Origin: an uncultured Alphaproteobacteria bacterium
GTDB taxonomy: Bacteria; Pseudomonadota; Alphaproteobacteria; HIMB59; GCA-002718135
Assembly (NCBI GenBank): GCA_902614085.1
Contig: CACMJS010000002.1
Coordinates: 234,268 to 298,267 of the forward strand
Length of the DNA stretch: 64,000 nt
Direction of reading: 5' to 3'
Positions 37,115-47,826 of this stretch are shown piece after piece (the stretch's first letter is position 1; each line of letters begins with the position of its first letter). The position numbers were made by a program, and so were the translations under genes. The notes below the pieces were generated by a model, which saw nothing but the letters and a program-made list of their open reading frames with translations, was not told the DNA's origin and made no database searches.

Positions 37115-38218
37115 ATGGAAAAACCTGTCAGATTTGGTGTTATTGGCATAGGAGGTATGGGAGCAAATCATGCTAAAAAATTGCAAGAGAATAAAATAGA
37201 AAATGCCATCTTAGCCGCAGTTGCTGATTCAAATGTAGAATATAAAAATAAATATGAAAATATTCCTTTTTTTGAAAATACTGATAATTTTTTTGATAAT
37301 AAAATTATAGATGCGGCAATCATTGCTACACCTCATAAATCGCACATAGATCTAGCGAAAAAAGCTCTCGAAAATAATATTAATGTTATAATTGAAAAAC
37401 CCTTAGCAATAACTAGTAAAAAGTGTCGAGAATTTATTAATATTTCACAAAGTTTTAAAACATTTTTTACTGTTATGCTAAATCAAAGGACTAATCCTGT
37501 TTATGTTAAGATAAAGGAACTAATTAATGGAAACGAATTAGGTAAAGTTCACCGTTTTCAATGGACAATAACTAATTGGTTTAGAACAAACTATTATTAT
37601 CAGACGTCTAATTGGAGAGCTAAATGGGAAAGTGAAGGTGGGGGCGTTTTAATAAATCAGAGTATTCACCAACTTGATTTGTGTCAGTGGTTATTTGGTA
37701 TGCCTGACAGTGTATATACTGATTTGGGATTAGGTCGCTTTCATGAGATAGAAGTTGAAGATGAAGTGACTTCAATCTTTAAATATAAAAATGGATTAAA
37801 AGGTGTATTTATTACAACAACAGGTGAAGCTCCTGGTGTAAACAGATTGGAAATTGCATCAGATAAGGGTTTAATTACAATTCAGGATAATAATGTTACA
37901 TGGGAAAAAATAGATTCATCTACTGAATTTATTAAAAACTCTAAAACACTTTTTGGAATGCCTAAGAAAGAAAAAATTAATTTCAATTTTAAGGCTGATT
38001 TGGATCAACATATTGAGCATCAAAGACTTATTCAAAACTTTACAAACTTCCTCCTAGGAAAAGAAAAACTGTTAGTGAATGGAAAAGATGGTTTAAATTC
38101 AGTTGAATTAATTAATGCGATGGTTCTATCGGGATTAGAGGAAAAAAAAATAGAGCTTCCTTTAGATGAGGTTAAATATGAACAAAAATTAGAAGAAATG
38201 ATAAGTAAATCAAGATGA
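37115..38218 (+). CDS. Gfo/Idh/MocA family oxidoreductase
   Basis: N-terminal Rossmann fold RFGVIGIGGMGANH, plus the EKP motif (IIEKPLA). Confidence 0.85.
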   Translation: MEKPVRFGVIGIGGMGANHAKKLQENKIENAILAAVADSNVEYKNKYENIPFFENTDNFFDNKIIDAAIIATPHKSHIDLAKKALENNINVIIEKPLAITSKKCREFINISQSFKTFFTVMLNQRTNPVYVKIKELINGNELGKVHRFQWTITNWFRTNYYYQTSNWRAKWESEGGGVLINQSIHQLDLCQWLFGMPDSVYTDLGLGRFHEIEVEDEVTSIFKYKNGLKGVFITTTGEAPGVNRLEIASDKGLITIQDNNVTWEKIDSSTEFIKNSKTLFGMPKKEKINFNFKADLDQHIEHQRLIQNFTNFLLGKEKLLVNGKDGLNSVELINAMVLSGLEEKKIELPLDEVKYEQKLEEMISKSR

Positions 38219-38985
38219 AAATTAATCAAATTGCAGTAACTCTTTATACCGTTAGAGATTTTTGCCAAAATGAAAAAGATTTATTTGAAAGTCTAAAAAA
38301 AATCAAAAATATTGGATATAGTAGCATTCAAATCAGTGGTGTTGGTTTAATTAATCCTAAAACAATAAAAAGCATGTGTGAAGATTTGAGTTTAGTTATA
38401 TGCGCTACACATGAACCAAATGAACAAATTATAAAAAATACTGATGAAGTTATTAATAAGCTAAATATTTTTAATTGCGAATATTCAGCTCTTCCTTATC
38501 CATTAAATGTAGATATGAAAAACTTAGAAGAAATTGATAAATTCATAGAAGATATAAATATCGCTGGCTCCAAGTTTCATGCAGAAGGAAAGGTGCTATG
38601 CTACCATAATCATGCACTTGAATTCCAAAAAGTTCAAAATGAAATAATTTTAGAAAGAATTTATAAAAATACAGATAGTACATTCATACAAGGAGAGCCA
38701 GATATTTATTGGATACAAAAAGGTGGTCAAAATCCATTAATGTGGTGTAAAAAATTAGATCAACGAATGCCATTATTACATTTAAAAGATTTTATAATGA
38801 TAAATGATCAAGAAAGTTTTTTTGCAGAGGTTGGCTTAGGTAATTTAGATATCAAAAATATTGTTAAAACAGCAACAGATTCAGGTTGTAAGTGGTATAT
38901 TGTTGAACAAGATGAATGTAATGGCGATCCTTTTGATTCACTTCAGATTAGCTATAATAATTTAGTAAAATATGCAGTTACTTAA
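38215..38985 (+). CDS. Xylose isomerase-like TIM-barrel protein (sugar phosphate isomerase/epimerase, AP_endonuc_2)
   Basis: 256 aa. YHNHALEF, DIYW, HLKD and EQD metal-ligand-like pattern. Its start overlaps the stop of the upstream Gfo gene (ATGA). Confidence 0.75.
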   Translation: MKINQIAVTLYTVRDFCQNEKDLFESLKKIKNIGYSSIQISGVGLINPKTIKSMCEDLSLVICATHEPNEQIIKNTDEVINKLNIFNCEYSALPYPLNVDMKNLEEIDKFIEDINIAGSKFHAEGKVLCYHNHALEFQKVQNEIILERIYKNTDSTFIQGEPDIYWIQKGGQNPLMWCKKLDQRMPLLHLKDFIMINDQESFFAEVGLGNLDIKNIVKTATDSGCKWYIVEQDECNGDPFDSLQISYNNLVKYAVT

Positions 38986-40192
38986 GAAAAAAACTTTTTG
39001 CGTTTTGATTTAATAAATTATTAATATCCCTTTCTATTATAAATTTTGATAACTCGTAATTTTTCTTAGAAAGATCTTCATAATATTCATATAAAATTTC
39101 ATGTAAGATATTTTTGAAATGAGACCATTTGTATATAAGTTGATCAGTAACTCTTGCATCGGAATGCTGAGGTATAAATGATAGACCTAGCATATCAATC
39201 CTCATTTTTAGAACAATTTTTACAATACTTGGCTGGTTCATAAACCACCAAAAACCAAATATTTTTAAATTAGGATGTTTACGAGCTAAGACAGTTAATT
39301 CGTGCTGATCATTTAAAGATAAACAAGTTACAAGAAATTTGTTTTCCGGAAAAGAATTACATAATTTACTTAGTTCTTTGAGATTAATATCACCAATCCC
39401 ATCTCCAGCTAAACCAAAACTACTATTTACAGCTCGTTTAACACCTAACATTAAAGACAATGGGATATTTTTTTTATTTAACCATGATAAGATTAATTTC
39501 CAAAGAGGATCATTTAAGATTTCTTTAAAATTATCTGAATTTGCTGAAATAGCTGCATACACTGGATTGGATACTAAAAAACAACTATCTAAATAATTTA
39601 TTACAATATCATTTGCTTTTTGATTTATCTTAGTTTGATTTTTTGCAACCTCAGTTGCTTGGGAATTGTTAATAATTAAATCATCTAGTCTTAATGATGA
39701 TTGAAATATATTTCTATCCCAATCATTATCTTTATATAAATTCCATTCATCAATATCAAATGGATTATTTGTCATTACTAAAGAAGAAACGTTTGATAAT
39801 TTTAAAATTTTTTCATCTGTAAGAGATTTATTTTCATATTCATTTTTTAGTTCTTCAAAAGTTTTATTATTATAATTAATATCTAATTTTTGAAGTACAG
39901 TTAGTACGCCTTTACACGCTTCAGAAATTGGTGTTCTATTTTGAAATAATTCTTCCCAGATAAGTTTTGCTTTATTTACGTCATCCAGAGAGTAAAATTT
40001 TTCTGCACTTATATTTGCATTGGTTAATAATTCTGCAATTAAATAATGATAGTTTAACAAATTAATAAAACCAGAAAGAGAATGACTTTTAAAGGCAGAT
40101 GGAAATAAATGCGTATGAATATCAAAAATTTTTGTATTATTAATAACGACTTCTAAAGTATCAGATAATTCCTGATTAGACATATTCATCAC
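38978..40192 (-). CDS. Amidohydrolase-superfamily protein, divergent uronate isomerase (UxaC)-like
   Basis: DIHTHLFP (HxH), followed by an NYHYLIAELL segment in the position of the UxaC DHYKWR region. It is 404 aa (short for UxaC), so the assignment is tentative. Confidence 0.45.
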   Translation of the reverse strand: MMNMSNQELSDTLEVVINNTKIFDIHTHLFPSAFKSHSLSGFINLLNYHYLIAELLTNANISAEKFYSLDDVNKAKLIWEELFQNRTPISEACKGVLTVLQKLDINYNNKTFEELKNEYENKSLTDEKILKLSNVSSLVMTNNPFDIDEWNLYKDNDWDRNIFQSSLRLDDLIINNSQATEVAKNQTKINQKANDIVINYLDSCFLVSNPVYAAISANSDNFKEILNDPLWKLILSWLNKKNIPLSLMLGVKRAVNSSFGLAGDGIGDINLKELSKLCNSFPENKFLVTCLSLNDQHELTVLARKHPNLKIFGFWWFMNQPSIVKIVLKMRIDMLGLSFIPQHSDARVTDQLIYKWSHFKNILHEILYEYYEDLSKKNYELSKFIIERDINNLLNQNAKSFFLK

Positions 40193-41208
40193 TTAATATT
40201 GCCAAGCCTAATTGCATTTTTTTGAGCTTTGATTGCCAATTCCATCACTTTTAAACAATGTGATTGATCCATTGCAGTACTAGTTCTGTTTACAACATCA
40301 CCCATTAATCTCTCAAAATATGTTAGGGGTTCTTTAGAAGCATCTTTATATTCATATTTCTTATTATTAACTAAAAAAAGGTGATCTGTACCCTCTCTAC
40401 CAACAAGATCGACATACTTTCTTAATTCTATGTATCCTTTTGTACCTAAAATAGTCAATCTGCCATCGCCCCAATTAGGTAAAGCATCAGGAGTGTACCA
40501 GTCTACCCTAATGTAACCTCTACCCTTATCTCCATGAATTAAAATTTCACCAAAATCTTCAAACTTATTATGTTCAGGATTTGAAAAATTACCTGTTGAA
40601 GAATTTATAATTTCTACATTTTTAGATCCAGTAAAAAATAAAAACTGATCTATTTGATGTGAAGCAATATCACATAAAATACCACCATATTGATCGTAAT
40701 CAAAAAACCAATCAGGTCTAGTTTGAATATTCAATCTGTGAGGTCCCATTCCAATTGTTTGAACAACATCTCCAATTTCGCCCGCTTGAATTAAATCATA
40801 GGCAGTTTGAACTGACGGCACTTCAAATCTTTCAGAAAAATCAATTGAAAAAATTTTTCCTGTTTTTTTTGCAGTATTTTCAATTTCTTTAAGTTGTTCT
40901 AAAGTTGTACATCCAGGTTTATCTAACATTACATCTTTTCCAGCATTCATACACTCAATAGCTAAAGCTGCTCTTTTAACTGGAATGTCTGCTATCAACA
41001 CTAATTCAATTTCTTTATTTTTTAATAAATCCTCTTTATTTGTAAAGCGGGGTATATCAGGATGTTTTTCATTAAAATCTTTTGTAATTTTATTATCAGT
41101 TTCATTCCACCAGCCAACACATTCGCATCCCAAATTTAACATACCATTTAATTGTCCAAAAATGTGTCTATGCTCAACACCCATTGCAGCAACTTTAATT
41201 TTTCTCAT
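40189..41208 (-). CDS. Gfo/Idh/MocA family oxidoreductase
   Basis: 339 aa. Rossmann N-terminus, the MLDKP (EKP-like) motif, and a Gfo C-terminal domain. Confidence 0.8.
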   Translation of the reverse strand: MRKIKVAAMGVEHRHIFGQLNGMLNLGCECVGWWNETDNKITKDFNEKHPDIPRFTNKEDLLKNKEIELVLIADIPVKRAALAIECMNAGKDVMLDKPGCTTLEQLKEIENTAKKTGKIFSIDFSERFEVPSVQTAYDLIQAGEIGDVVQTIGMGPHRLNIQTRPDWFFDYDQYGGILCDIASHQIDQFLFFTGSKNVEIINSSTGNFSNPEHNKFEDFGEILIHGDKGRGYIRVDWYTPDALPNWGDGRLTILGTKGYIELRKYVDLVGREGTDHLFLVNNKKYEYKDASKEPLTYFERLMGDVVNRTSTAMDQSHCLKVMELAIKAQKNAIRLGNIK

Positions 41209-41219
41209 GATTAAATATT

Positions 41220-42248
41220 TTACTCCATTGTAATTAGTTTATTTTTTTTAGATGATTCTATCATTGCATCAATGAGATAATGAACTTTCAATGCTTCTTT
41301 TCCAGTAATTTCAAATTTTTCATTTGTGCTAATTGATTTTGCAAAATTAAGTATAAGATCTTTATGCCAATCAAATGGAAAGGCCATAGGATCAGCACTA
41401 CCACCAGTTCCAGATTCCTCTCCATACTCTTCTTTCTTACCATTCCTCCAATTAATGATAAGTGTTCCTGCTTCAAGTTTGACTGTTGCATTTTCACAAT
41501 GAAGGACAATTGACTCTGATGAGCCTGGAAAAACACTCGTTGAAGCGAATAAAGATGCAATTACGCTATTTTTAAATTTAATACCTCCAGTTACAAAATT
41601 TTCTGACTCCATTTTGTGAAACTTTGTAGTTTCTGCCATTACCATCACCTCTTTAACATCTCCTAAAAGACTGATAGCAAGATCAAGTGTATGAATAGCT
41701 TGGCTTATAAGAACTCCTCCACCATCTCTTTTATATGTTCCTCTACCTGGTTCATCATAATAAGACTGTTCTCGCCACCATGGAATATTGATTTGAGCTG
41801 AAAAAATTTGACCAAATTTATTCTCATTTATTAATGATTTTAATTTAATTGAGGATTTTCTAAATCGATGTTGAAAAACTATACCTAGGTTAACTTTATT
41901 GTTTTCACAAATTGAAACTATACTTTTTGCATTTTCTAAAGTTCGTTCAATTGGTTTTTCCATTAAGATATGTTTTCCATATTTACTAAATTGCTCTACT
42001 AGTTCTAAGCGTTGATTTGGAGGCGTGATGATATCCACTATGTCAACTTCAGGATTATCATAAATACTATCAATGTCTTGAAATGAATTAAAATTATAAT
42101 TTTTAGAAAAATTTTCTCTTTTTTCCTTATTTCGAGAAAAAACTCCAACTACATTAATGTCATCCTTTAATTCATTTAAAGCCAAGGCATGGGGTTTTGC
42201 AGCCATACCCGTACCAATAATGGCAAGTCCAATTTTTTTAGAACTCAT
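41220..42248 (-). CDS. Gfo/Idh/MocA family oxidoreductase
   Basis: GLAIIGTGMAAKPH and MEKPIE motifs. Confidence 0.85.
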   Translation of the reverse strand: MSSKKIGLAIIGTGMAAKPHALALNELKDDINVVGVFSRNKEKRENFSKNYNFNSFQDIDSIYDNPEVDIVDIITPPNQRLELVEQFSKYGKHILMEKPIERTLENAKSIVSICENNKVNLGIVFQHRFRKSSIKLKSLINENKFGQIFSAQINIPWWREQSYYDEPGRGTYKRDGGGVLISQAIHTLDLAISLLGDVKEVMVMAETTKFHKMESENFVTGGIKFKNSVIASLFASTSVFPGSSESIVLHCENATVKLEAGTLIINWRNGKKEEYGEESGTGGSADPMAFPFDWHKDLILNFAKSISTNEKFEITGKEALKVHYLIDAMIESSKKNKLITME

Positions 42249-43330
42249 TAATTATTTTTTTTTGATACAGACATGCCATTCTCTTCAAAAAGATGAACTG
42301 AATCTCTTTTAAAACGAAGATATAATTCTTCTCCCTTATTAATTTTATATTGCCCGGTATGATGAACAATTAATTGTTTTATTCCTTCACCCTGACAATA
42401 AAAGTAAGTTTCACTTCCGAGCTGTTCAGTAAAATCAACATGTACTTTCAAATCTGAATTTTGCTGTTCACAAACTTCTATATGTTCAGGCCTTATCCCA
42501 AGAGAATAAGGTGTATTATTTTGTAAATTTTTATGATTTGTTTGTAAATTCAATGCATCTGAAACTAAATTAAATGAACCAGACTTATCAATTGCATTAA
42601 CTTTTATAAAATTCATTTTTGGCGATCCAATGAAACCAGCTACAAAAATATCACTGGGATTATTATATAAATCAAGTGGTGCTCCTGCTTGCGCAACATA
42701 ACCATTATTTAAAACTACTATTTGATCAGCCAATGTCATTGCTTCAACTTGATCATGTGTAACATAAATCATAGTACCACCAATTTTTTCATGAAGTGCT
42801 GATAATTCTTTTCTCATTGTTACTCTTAACTCAGCATCAAGATTAGATAAGGGCTCATCAAACAAAAATGCTTTTGGATCTCTAACTATTGCTCTGCCAA
42901 TAGCTACTCTTTGTCTTTGACCACCAGAAAGTGCTTTTGGTTTTCTTTGAAGATACTCTTCAATTTGTAAAAGCTTAGCTGCGCTATTAACTTTTTCTTC
43001 AATTGTTTTTTTATCAATTTTTAGATTTTCCAATGCAAAGGCCATATTTTTAAAAACAGACATGTGAGGATACAAAGCATATGATTGAAAAACCATAGCC
43101 AAACCTCTTTCTGAAGCGGGTATATTACTTACTTCATTTCCGTCGATTAAAATTTCTCCTGATGTAATTCTTTCTAATCCAGCAATAATTCTTAATAATG
43201 TTGACTTACCACATCCAGAGGGGCCAACTAAAACTAGGAATTTTCCACTTTCAACTTTCAAATCAACTCCATGAATTACTTCTGTTTGATCATAACTTTT
43301 ATAAATGTCCTTTAATATGATTTCAGTCAT
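42248..43330 (-). CDS. Sugar ABC transporter ATP-binding protein (CUT1, MalK/UgpC-like)
   Basis: GPSGCGKST, LSGGQRQR, and a C-terminal TOBE-like region. Confidence 0.9.
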   Translation of the reverse strand: MTEIILKDIYKSYDQTEVIHGVDLKVESGKFLVLVGPSGCGKSTLLRIIAGLERITSGEILIDGNEVSNIPASERGLAMVFQSYALYPHMSVFKNMAFALENLKIDKKTIEEKVNSAAKLLQIEEYLQRKPKALSGGQRQRVAIGRAIVRDPKAFLFDEPLSNLDAELRVTMRKELSALHEKIGGTMIYVTHDQVEAMTLADQIVVLNNGYVAQAGAPLDLYNNPSDIFVAGFIGSPKMNFIKVNAIDKSGSFNLVSDALNLQTNHKNLQNNTPYSLGIRPEHIEVCEQQNSDLKVHVDFTEQLGSETYFYCQGEGIKQLIVHHTGQYKINKGEELYLRFKRDSVHLFEENGMSVSKKNN

Positions 43331-44340
43331 CTATCTCTTCTCATTATTGCTTTGTCAGGGTCAGCATGTTGTAAGTGTATAGGCGGCATCCCATTCAAGA
43401 TTTTTTTTATATCATTCATCATCATATCTCTTATATTTTTATATGAATAATCTAAAGCACCTGCAACATGTGAAGTAAATAAAATATTAGATTTTTTTCT
43501 AAAAGTTGAATCTGCTGGCACAGGCTCTACTGGATATACATCTATAGCTGCTCTAAAATATTCATTTTCAGCAAGTTCAATAAATTCGTCAAAATCAACA
43601 ACCTCCGCTCTACTTACTAAAACTACTGAACTATTTTTTTTAATTAATTTTAATTTATCTTTACTAATAAATCCTTCATTTTCAGTAGTAACTCCAGCTA
43701 ATATGAATATAAATTTATTGTTAGATAATAAATCATCAATCGATACAGGGTTTACACCCTGGCTTTCTAAGTATTCATTAGATAACCATGGATCAAATAC
43801 TGAAATTTTACAGTTAAAGGGTTTTAACAAAGGAAGTAAACTTTTTGCTAAATTTCCAAACCCAATTAACCCAACATTTGAGTTAAAAAGTGTATAAGCA
43901 AATTTATTTTCTTTAATTCCATATTGCTCTTCAGAATTTAAAAACTTTTTGTAAACTCCCAAAACATTTCTAGAAAGAGAGATTGCGTAACCTATACAAG
44001 CTTCAGCAACAGCAGGAGCCATGGCAGGTGCAGCTGATAAAACATAAATACCTCTTCTATGTGCTTCATGATAATCAATATTCGGTTCCCAATTTGCTTT
44101 GACATTTATAATTGCTTTAATTTTTTTTGATTTATCTAAACGTTCTTTAGGCATAGCAGTCTGTCCAACTAATATTTCAATATCTTCAATATTTTTATCT
44201 ACAAGTTCATCAGGAGCTCGACTACCAAAGTGATAAATTAAATTAGATATTTTTTCTAATTCAGTCTTAACATCATTGGTAAAAACCATTTCTTCATTTC
44301 TTGGATAAGGATCAAAAAAAATTAGAGGTTTGTCTTGCAT
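43327..44340 (-). CDS. D-isomer-specific 2-hydroxyacid dehydrogenase family protein, embedded in an ABC operon
   Basis: GLIGFGNLAKSL NAD motif. Catalytic-type R (VSRAEVVD), E (DVYPVEP) and H (SHVAG). I chose the start MQDKPLIFF (cat at 44338-44340), which overlaps the permease stop by 1 nt; the longer track ORF overlaps the permease. Confidence 0.8.
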   Translation of the reverse strand: MQDKPLIFFDPYPRNEEMVFTNDVKTELEKISNLIYHFGSRAPDELVDKNIEDIEILVGQTAMPKERLDKSKKIKAIINVKANWEPNIDYHEAHRRGIYVLSAAPAMAPAVAEACIGYAISLSRNVLGVYKKFLNSEEQYGIKENKFAYTLFNSNVGLIGFGNLAKSLLPLLKPFNCKISVFDPWLSNEYLESQGVNPVSIDDLLSNNKFIFILAGVTTENEGFISKDKLKLIKKNSSVVLVSRAEVVDFDEFIELAENEYFRAAIDVYPVEPVPADSTFRKKSNILFTSHVAGALDYSYKNIRDMMMNDIKKILNGMPPIHLQHADPDKAIMRRDR

Positions 44341-45404
44341 TACTTCATACCTGTGCTTGCTATTCCTGTTGTTATAAATTTTTGTAAGTAAGCAAATATA
44401 ATTGCTATAGGTAATAAAGTTACCATAGTCATTGATAATACATAATTCCACTGACTAGTAAGTTCTCCGTGAAATGCGTTTAATCCAATTTGCAATGTAT
44501 AAACTTCACTTTTAGATAAAACTATTAAAGGCCATAAGAAATCATTCCATCTCCACATTATGGAAAAAATTGCTAAAACTGCAATAGCCGGTATAGATAA
44601 AGGTAGGACAACTCGCCAATAAATTGCCCATTCACTTGCGTGATCCATTCTTGCTGCTTCTATAAGCTCTCTAGGCAATGTAAGCATATATTGACGAAGT
44701 AAAAAAACTCCTGTTGGTGTTGCGGCACCTGGAAGAATTACGCCCCATAATGAATTTATCATTCCAAAGTTTGCAACAACATAAAAAACTGGAACCAAAA
44801 TTATCGTTAATGGAATTAATAATGTACCTATAACAAAAACAAGTGCAAAATTTTTCCCCCTAAACTCATATATAGAAAGTGCATATGCTGCCATTGAATT
44901 TATTATTAACGTTATTATTGTGGCAACAACTGTAATGAAAGTTGAGTTTTTGAAATAAAGTAAAAAATCATACTTTCTTAAAGGATCAACATAGTTTTGC
45001 CACTGAATTTTAAATTCTCTAATTTTTTCTCTTTTATCAATTGGTACTTTTACTGTTTCTCCTGGGTTTAGAGGATCAACCATTTTAGCATTAATTCCAA
45101 TTCTTTTAATTTGTGCTAACTGCTTTACTGACCCATCTTCTTGTGTCACATTAAAAATTGGTAAGGGTTTATCGTATCCTTCAACATCAACTTGAATTTG
45201 AGAAAGTGGCAAAATTGTTGGAGGATATTCTTGTATACCTGCTAAGGTCTTTAATGAAGATAATCCTAACCACACAACAGGACCAAACATTAAAAGAACA
45301 CCTAGAAATAAATAAAAATAAGAAAAATAATCTGTCCAATGATATTTATTTTTATATCTTTTTTTTGTAGCAATTTTTATTATTCTTGAAGTTGTTTCTG
45401 ACAT
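44340..45404 (-). CDS. Sugar ABC transporter permease (CUT1, MalG/UgpE-like)
   Basis: 354 aa. EAA-loop region ELIEAARMDHASEWAIYWRVVLP. Confidence 0.85.
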   Translation of the reverse strand: MSETTSRIIKIATKKRYKNKYHWTDYFSYFYLFLGVLLMFGPVVWLGLSSLKTLAGIQEYPPTILPLSQIQVDVEGYDKPLPIFNVTQEDGSVKQLAQIKRIGINAKMVDPLNPGETVKVPIDKREKIREFKIQWQNYVDPLRKYDFLLYFKNSTFITVVATIITLIINSMAAYALSIYEFRGKNFALVFVIGTLLIPLTIILVPVFYVVANFGMINSLWGVILPGAATPTGVFLLRQYMLTLPRELIEAARMDHASEWAIYWRVVLPLSIPAIAVLAIFSIMWRWNDFLWPLIVLSKSEVYTLQIGLNAFHGELTSQWNYVLSMTMVTLLPIAIIFAYLQKFITTGIASTGMK

Positions 45405-45405
45405 A

Positions 45406-46437
45406 TTAGATTTCTTGATGTTTACTTTCTTTGTTTCGACTGAAATATAATTGCATAAGTGTTAAAAATAAAAGTACCACACCAAGAACCATAGATGCGG
45501 CAGCTGCAAGACCAAAATTTTGAACAGATCCAGATGAAGCAAATCCTGTGGTAAAAATATATTGAACAATTAATGATGTAGATGTTCCAGGCCCCCCACC
45601 AGTTAAAACATATATTTCATCAAATGTTTGAACACCTTTTATTGAGGCAAGAATAAATACAACTAATAAATTTGGCATTAGAAGAGGTAGAGTTATTCGA
45701 AAGAAAATTCTTTCTCGGCTAGTTCCATCCATTTCGGCTGCCTCATATAAATTTGGAGGTATTGCTTGAAGACCTGCTAATACAATCAGAGTGTAAAAAC
45801 CCATATGGGCCCATATTGATACAAAGATTACAGATGCCATAGCCCATGATGGATCCGTTAAAAATGATACTTTGTCTCCACCATAAGACTCAATTATAGC
45901 ATTGAAAGCTCCATTTTTTAGCAGTATCCATTGCCAAATCAAACCAACAACAACTGGTGACAATAAAACAGGGAAAAAAAATACCGATCTAAAAAAACCT
46001 CTGCCAATAATTTTCTTATTTAATATCACGGCAGTCAAAACCGAAAAGAAAATCATTAAGCCAACTTGAAAAACAACAAAGAATATAGTGTTATAAACTC
46101 CTCTCCAAAAAAAATCTTCTGTACATGTATTTGGGTTTAAATAACTCTCACAATCAAATAACTGATCATATTGTTTTGTTGTAGGAAGTTCTCTTTCAGC
46201 AAATAACAGTTCGTCACCAGATGATAATGAAAAGAAAAAGTTTGCACCAAGAGGGATTATTACAAATAATCCAAAAAAAATTAAATTTGGAAGCAAAAAA
46301 ATATATGGCATATTTCTTACACCAATAATTTTTTGAATTGGCCACATGATTAAATCAATGGCATGCATTAAAAAAGCAAAGGGAATATTTAAAATTCTAA
46401 GGAAAAATTTTTTTATTTGATTTCTAATATTTTCCAT
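45406..46437 (-). CDS. Sugar ABC transporter permease (CUT1, MalF/UgpA-like)
   Basis: 343 aa. YEAAEMDGTSRERIFFRITLP motif. Confidence 0.85.
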   Translation of the reverse strand: MENIRNQIKKFFLRILNIPFAFLMHAIDLIMWPIQKIIGVRNMPYIFLLPNLIFFGLFVIIPLGANFFFSLSSGDELLFAERELPTTKQYDQLFDCESYLNPNTCTEDFFWRGVYNTIFFVVFQVGLMIFFSVLTAVILNKKIIGRGFFRSVFFFPVLLSPVVVGLIWQWILLKNGAFNAIIESYGGDKVSFLTDPSWAMASVIFVSIWAHMGFYTLIVLAGLQAIPPNLYEAAEMDGTSRERIFFRITLPLLMPNLLVVFILASIKGVQTFDEIYVLTGGGPGTSTSLIVQYIFTTGFASSGSVQNFGLAAAASMVLGVVLLFLTLMQLYFSRNKESKHQEI

Positions 46438-46453
46438 TAAATAAATTCGAAAA

Positions 46454-46478
46454 AAAGCTGCTCAAAAAGAGCAGCTTT
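46454..46478 (-). terminator. Intercistronic hairpin plus T-tract after the SBP gene
   Basis: aaagctgctc / aaaaa / gagcagcttt (10-bp stem). On the minus strand a T-run follows, then the permease gene. Confidence 0.7.
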
Positions 46479-46502
46479 ATATTATTATTATTTTGGATGT
46501 AA

Positions 46503-47783
46503 TTATCCGCCGTATTTTTCTTTAAGTTGTTTTTCAACATCTTCATCCATACGCTCCCAAGCTTCTTCCATTGTCATTTCGCCAACAATAGCCTGTCCTA
46601 ATCTTGAGATGATTGCGTTAAACATTATACGGTTGTCAACGTGTGCCTGAAGATCAAAAGCAACTTGATCAATAGTTGGCACTGCACCAGCAAAAGTGTT
46701 TAATGCGTGTTTTGCGTTTGGATCATCAGTTTGATAGTCAACTTGTAGATCTAAGTGTCCAGGGATAGCAAGAACTTGACCAATAAAACTACTTAGTTGT
46801 TCTTTACTAGAAAGGTAATCCATTACCTTTCCAACAGCAGGATTAGCATTGAATGCTAATAGTGCATTTCCACCTGGCATTCCAGTACATGCAGCAGGAC
46901 CACATGGAGCTGGTACAGCCCACCAGTCAAAATCATCTCCAACTTCATTTGCGAATCTTCCAATTTGCCATGAACCACTCATCATGAAAACTACCTCAGC
47001 AGCATTCCACCAATCATTTGGGGCATGATATTTAGATCCTGAAACTGATCCCCAAAGATCTTTACTCATTGTACCTGCTTGGTGCCAATCATAAAGCATT
47101 TGAGTCATAGCTTTTAATCCATCATCAACTAATTTTGGATCACCGTTTGAATCAAAATATTTCGCTCCCATAGAAATTGCTGGGCCTGATACACGGTGAC
47201 CTGATCTATCCCAAGCCATTGGAATAGGAGTACCTGTTTTTTCTGCTACTTCAATTGAAACTGCTGCCCATTCTTCCCAAGTTGCACCAGGGCCTAATAG
47301 ATCTACACCAGCTTGTTCAAATAAAGTTTTATTTACATATGGACCAGTAACAGTCATTGTAGAATGAAAACCATGAATTGAAGTTGTATCTCCAGACTTA
47401 CGATACCAATTTAAAAAAGGACCGAAGCTTTTTTCATAGTAACTTGGATCAGCTACGTAAGGTGTAATATCAGCGTAATATTTATTTAATCCACCAAGAT
47501 CTGTAACACGTGCAATGTCAGGACCTTCTCCAGCTGCAAGCTGAATAGGTAAGGTGTTCATTATTGCATCATATGGTACAATATCTAAAATTACATTTAT
47601 ATCTGGATTAGCTGCATTAAACTCATCAATTTGTGCTGCGATTGGCACATTTTCTTTATCTCCATCTCCGTACCACATAATTCTTACATCTGTGGCAGCA
47701 AAAGAAACTGCAGAAATTAAAGTTAATGAGAGTGAAATTAAAGCTACAGATATTGCTTTAAAAATAAACTTAATGTTCATCAT
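46503..47783 (-). CDS. Extracellular solute-binding protein, family 1 (CUT1 sugar SBP)
   Basis: 426 aa. Signal peptide ...LISAVSFAA. SBP_bac_1-like. Confidence 0.85.
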   Translation of the reverse strand: MMNIKFIFKAISVALISLSLTLISAVSFAATDVRIMWYGDGDKENVPIAAQIDEFNAANPDINVILDIVPYDAIMNTLPIQLAAGEGPDIARVTDLGGLNKYYADITPYVADPSYYEKSFGPFLNWYRKSGDTTSIHGFHSTMTVTGPYVNKTLFEQAGVDLLGPGATWEEWAAVSIEVAEKTGTPIPMAWDRSGHRVSGPAISMGAKYFDSNGDPKLVDDGLKAMTQMLYDWHQAGTMSKDLWGSVSGSKYHAPNDWWNAAEVVFMMSGSWQIGRFANEVGDDFDWWAVPAPCGPAACTGMPGGNALLAFNANPAVGKVMDYLSSKEQLSSFIGQVLAIPGHLDLQVDYQTDDPNAKHALNTFAGAVPTIDQVAFDLQAHVDNRIMFNAIISRLGQAIVGEMTMEEAWERMDEDVEKQLKEKYGG

Positions 47784-47826
47784 CTTTCCTCCATTTTTAT
47801 TAAGTTTTAAACATAAAGTAAAACGT

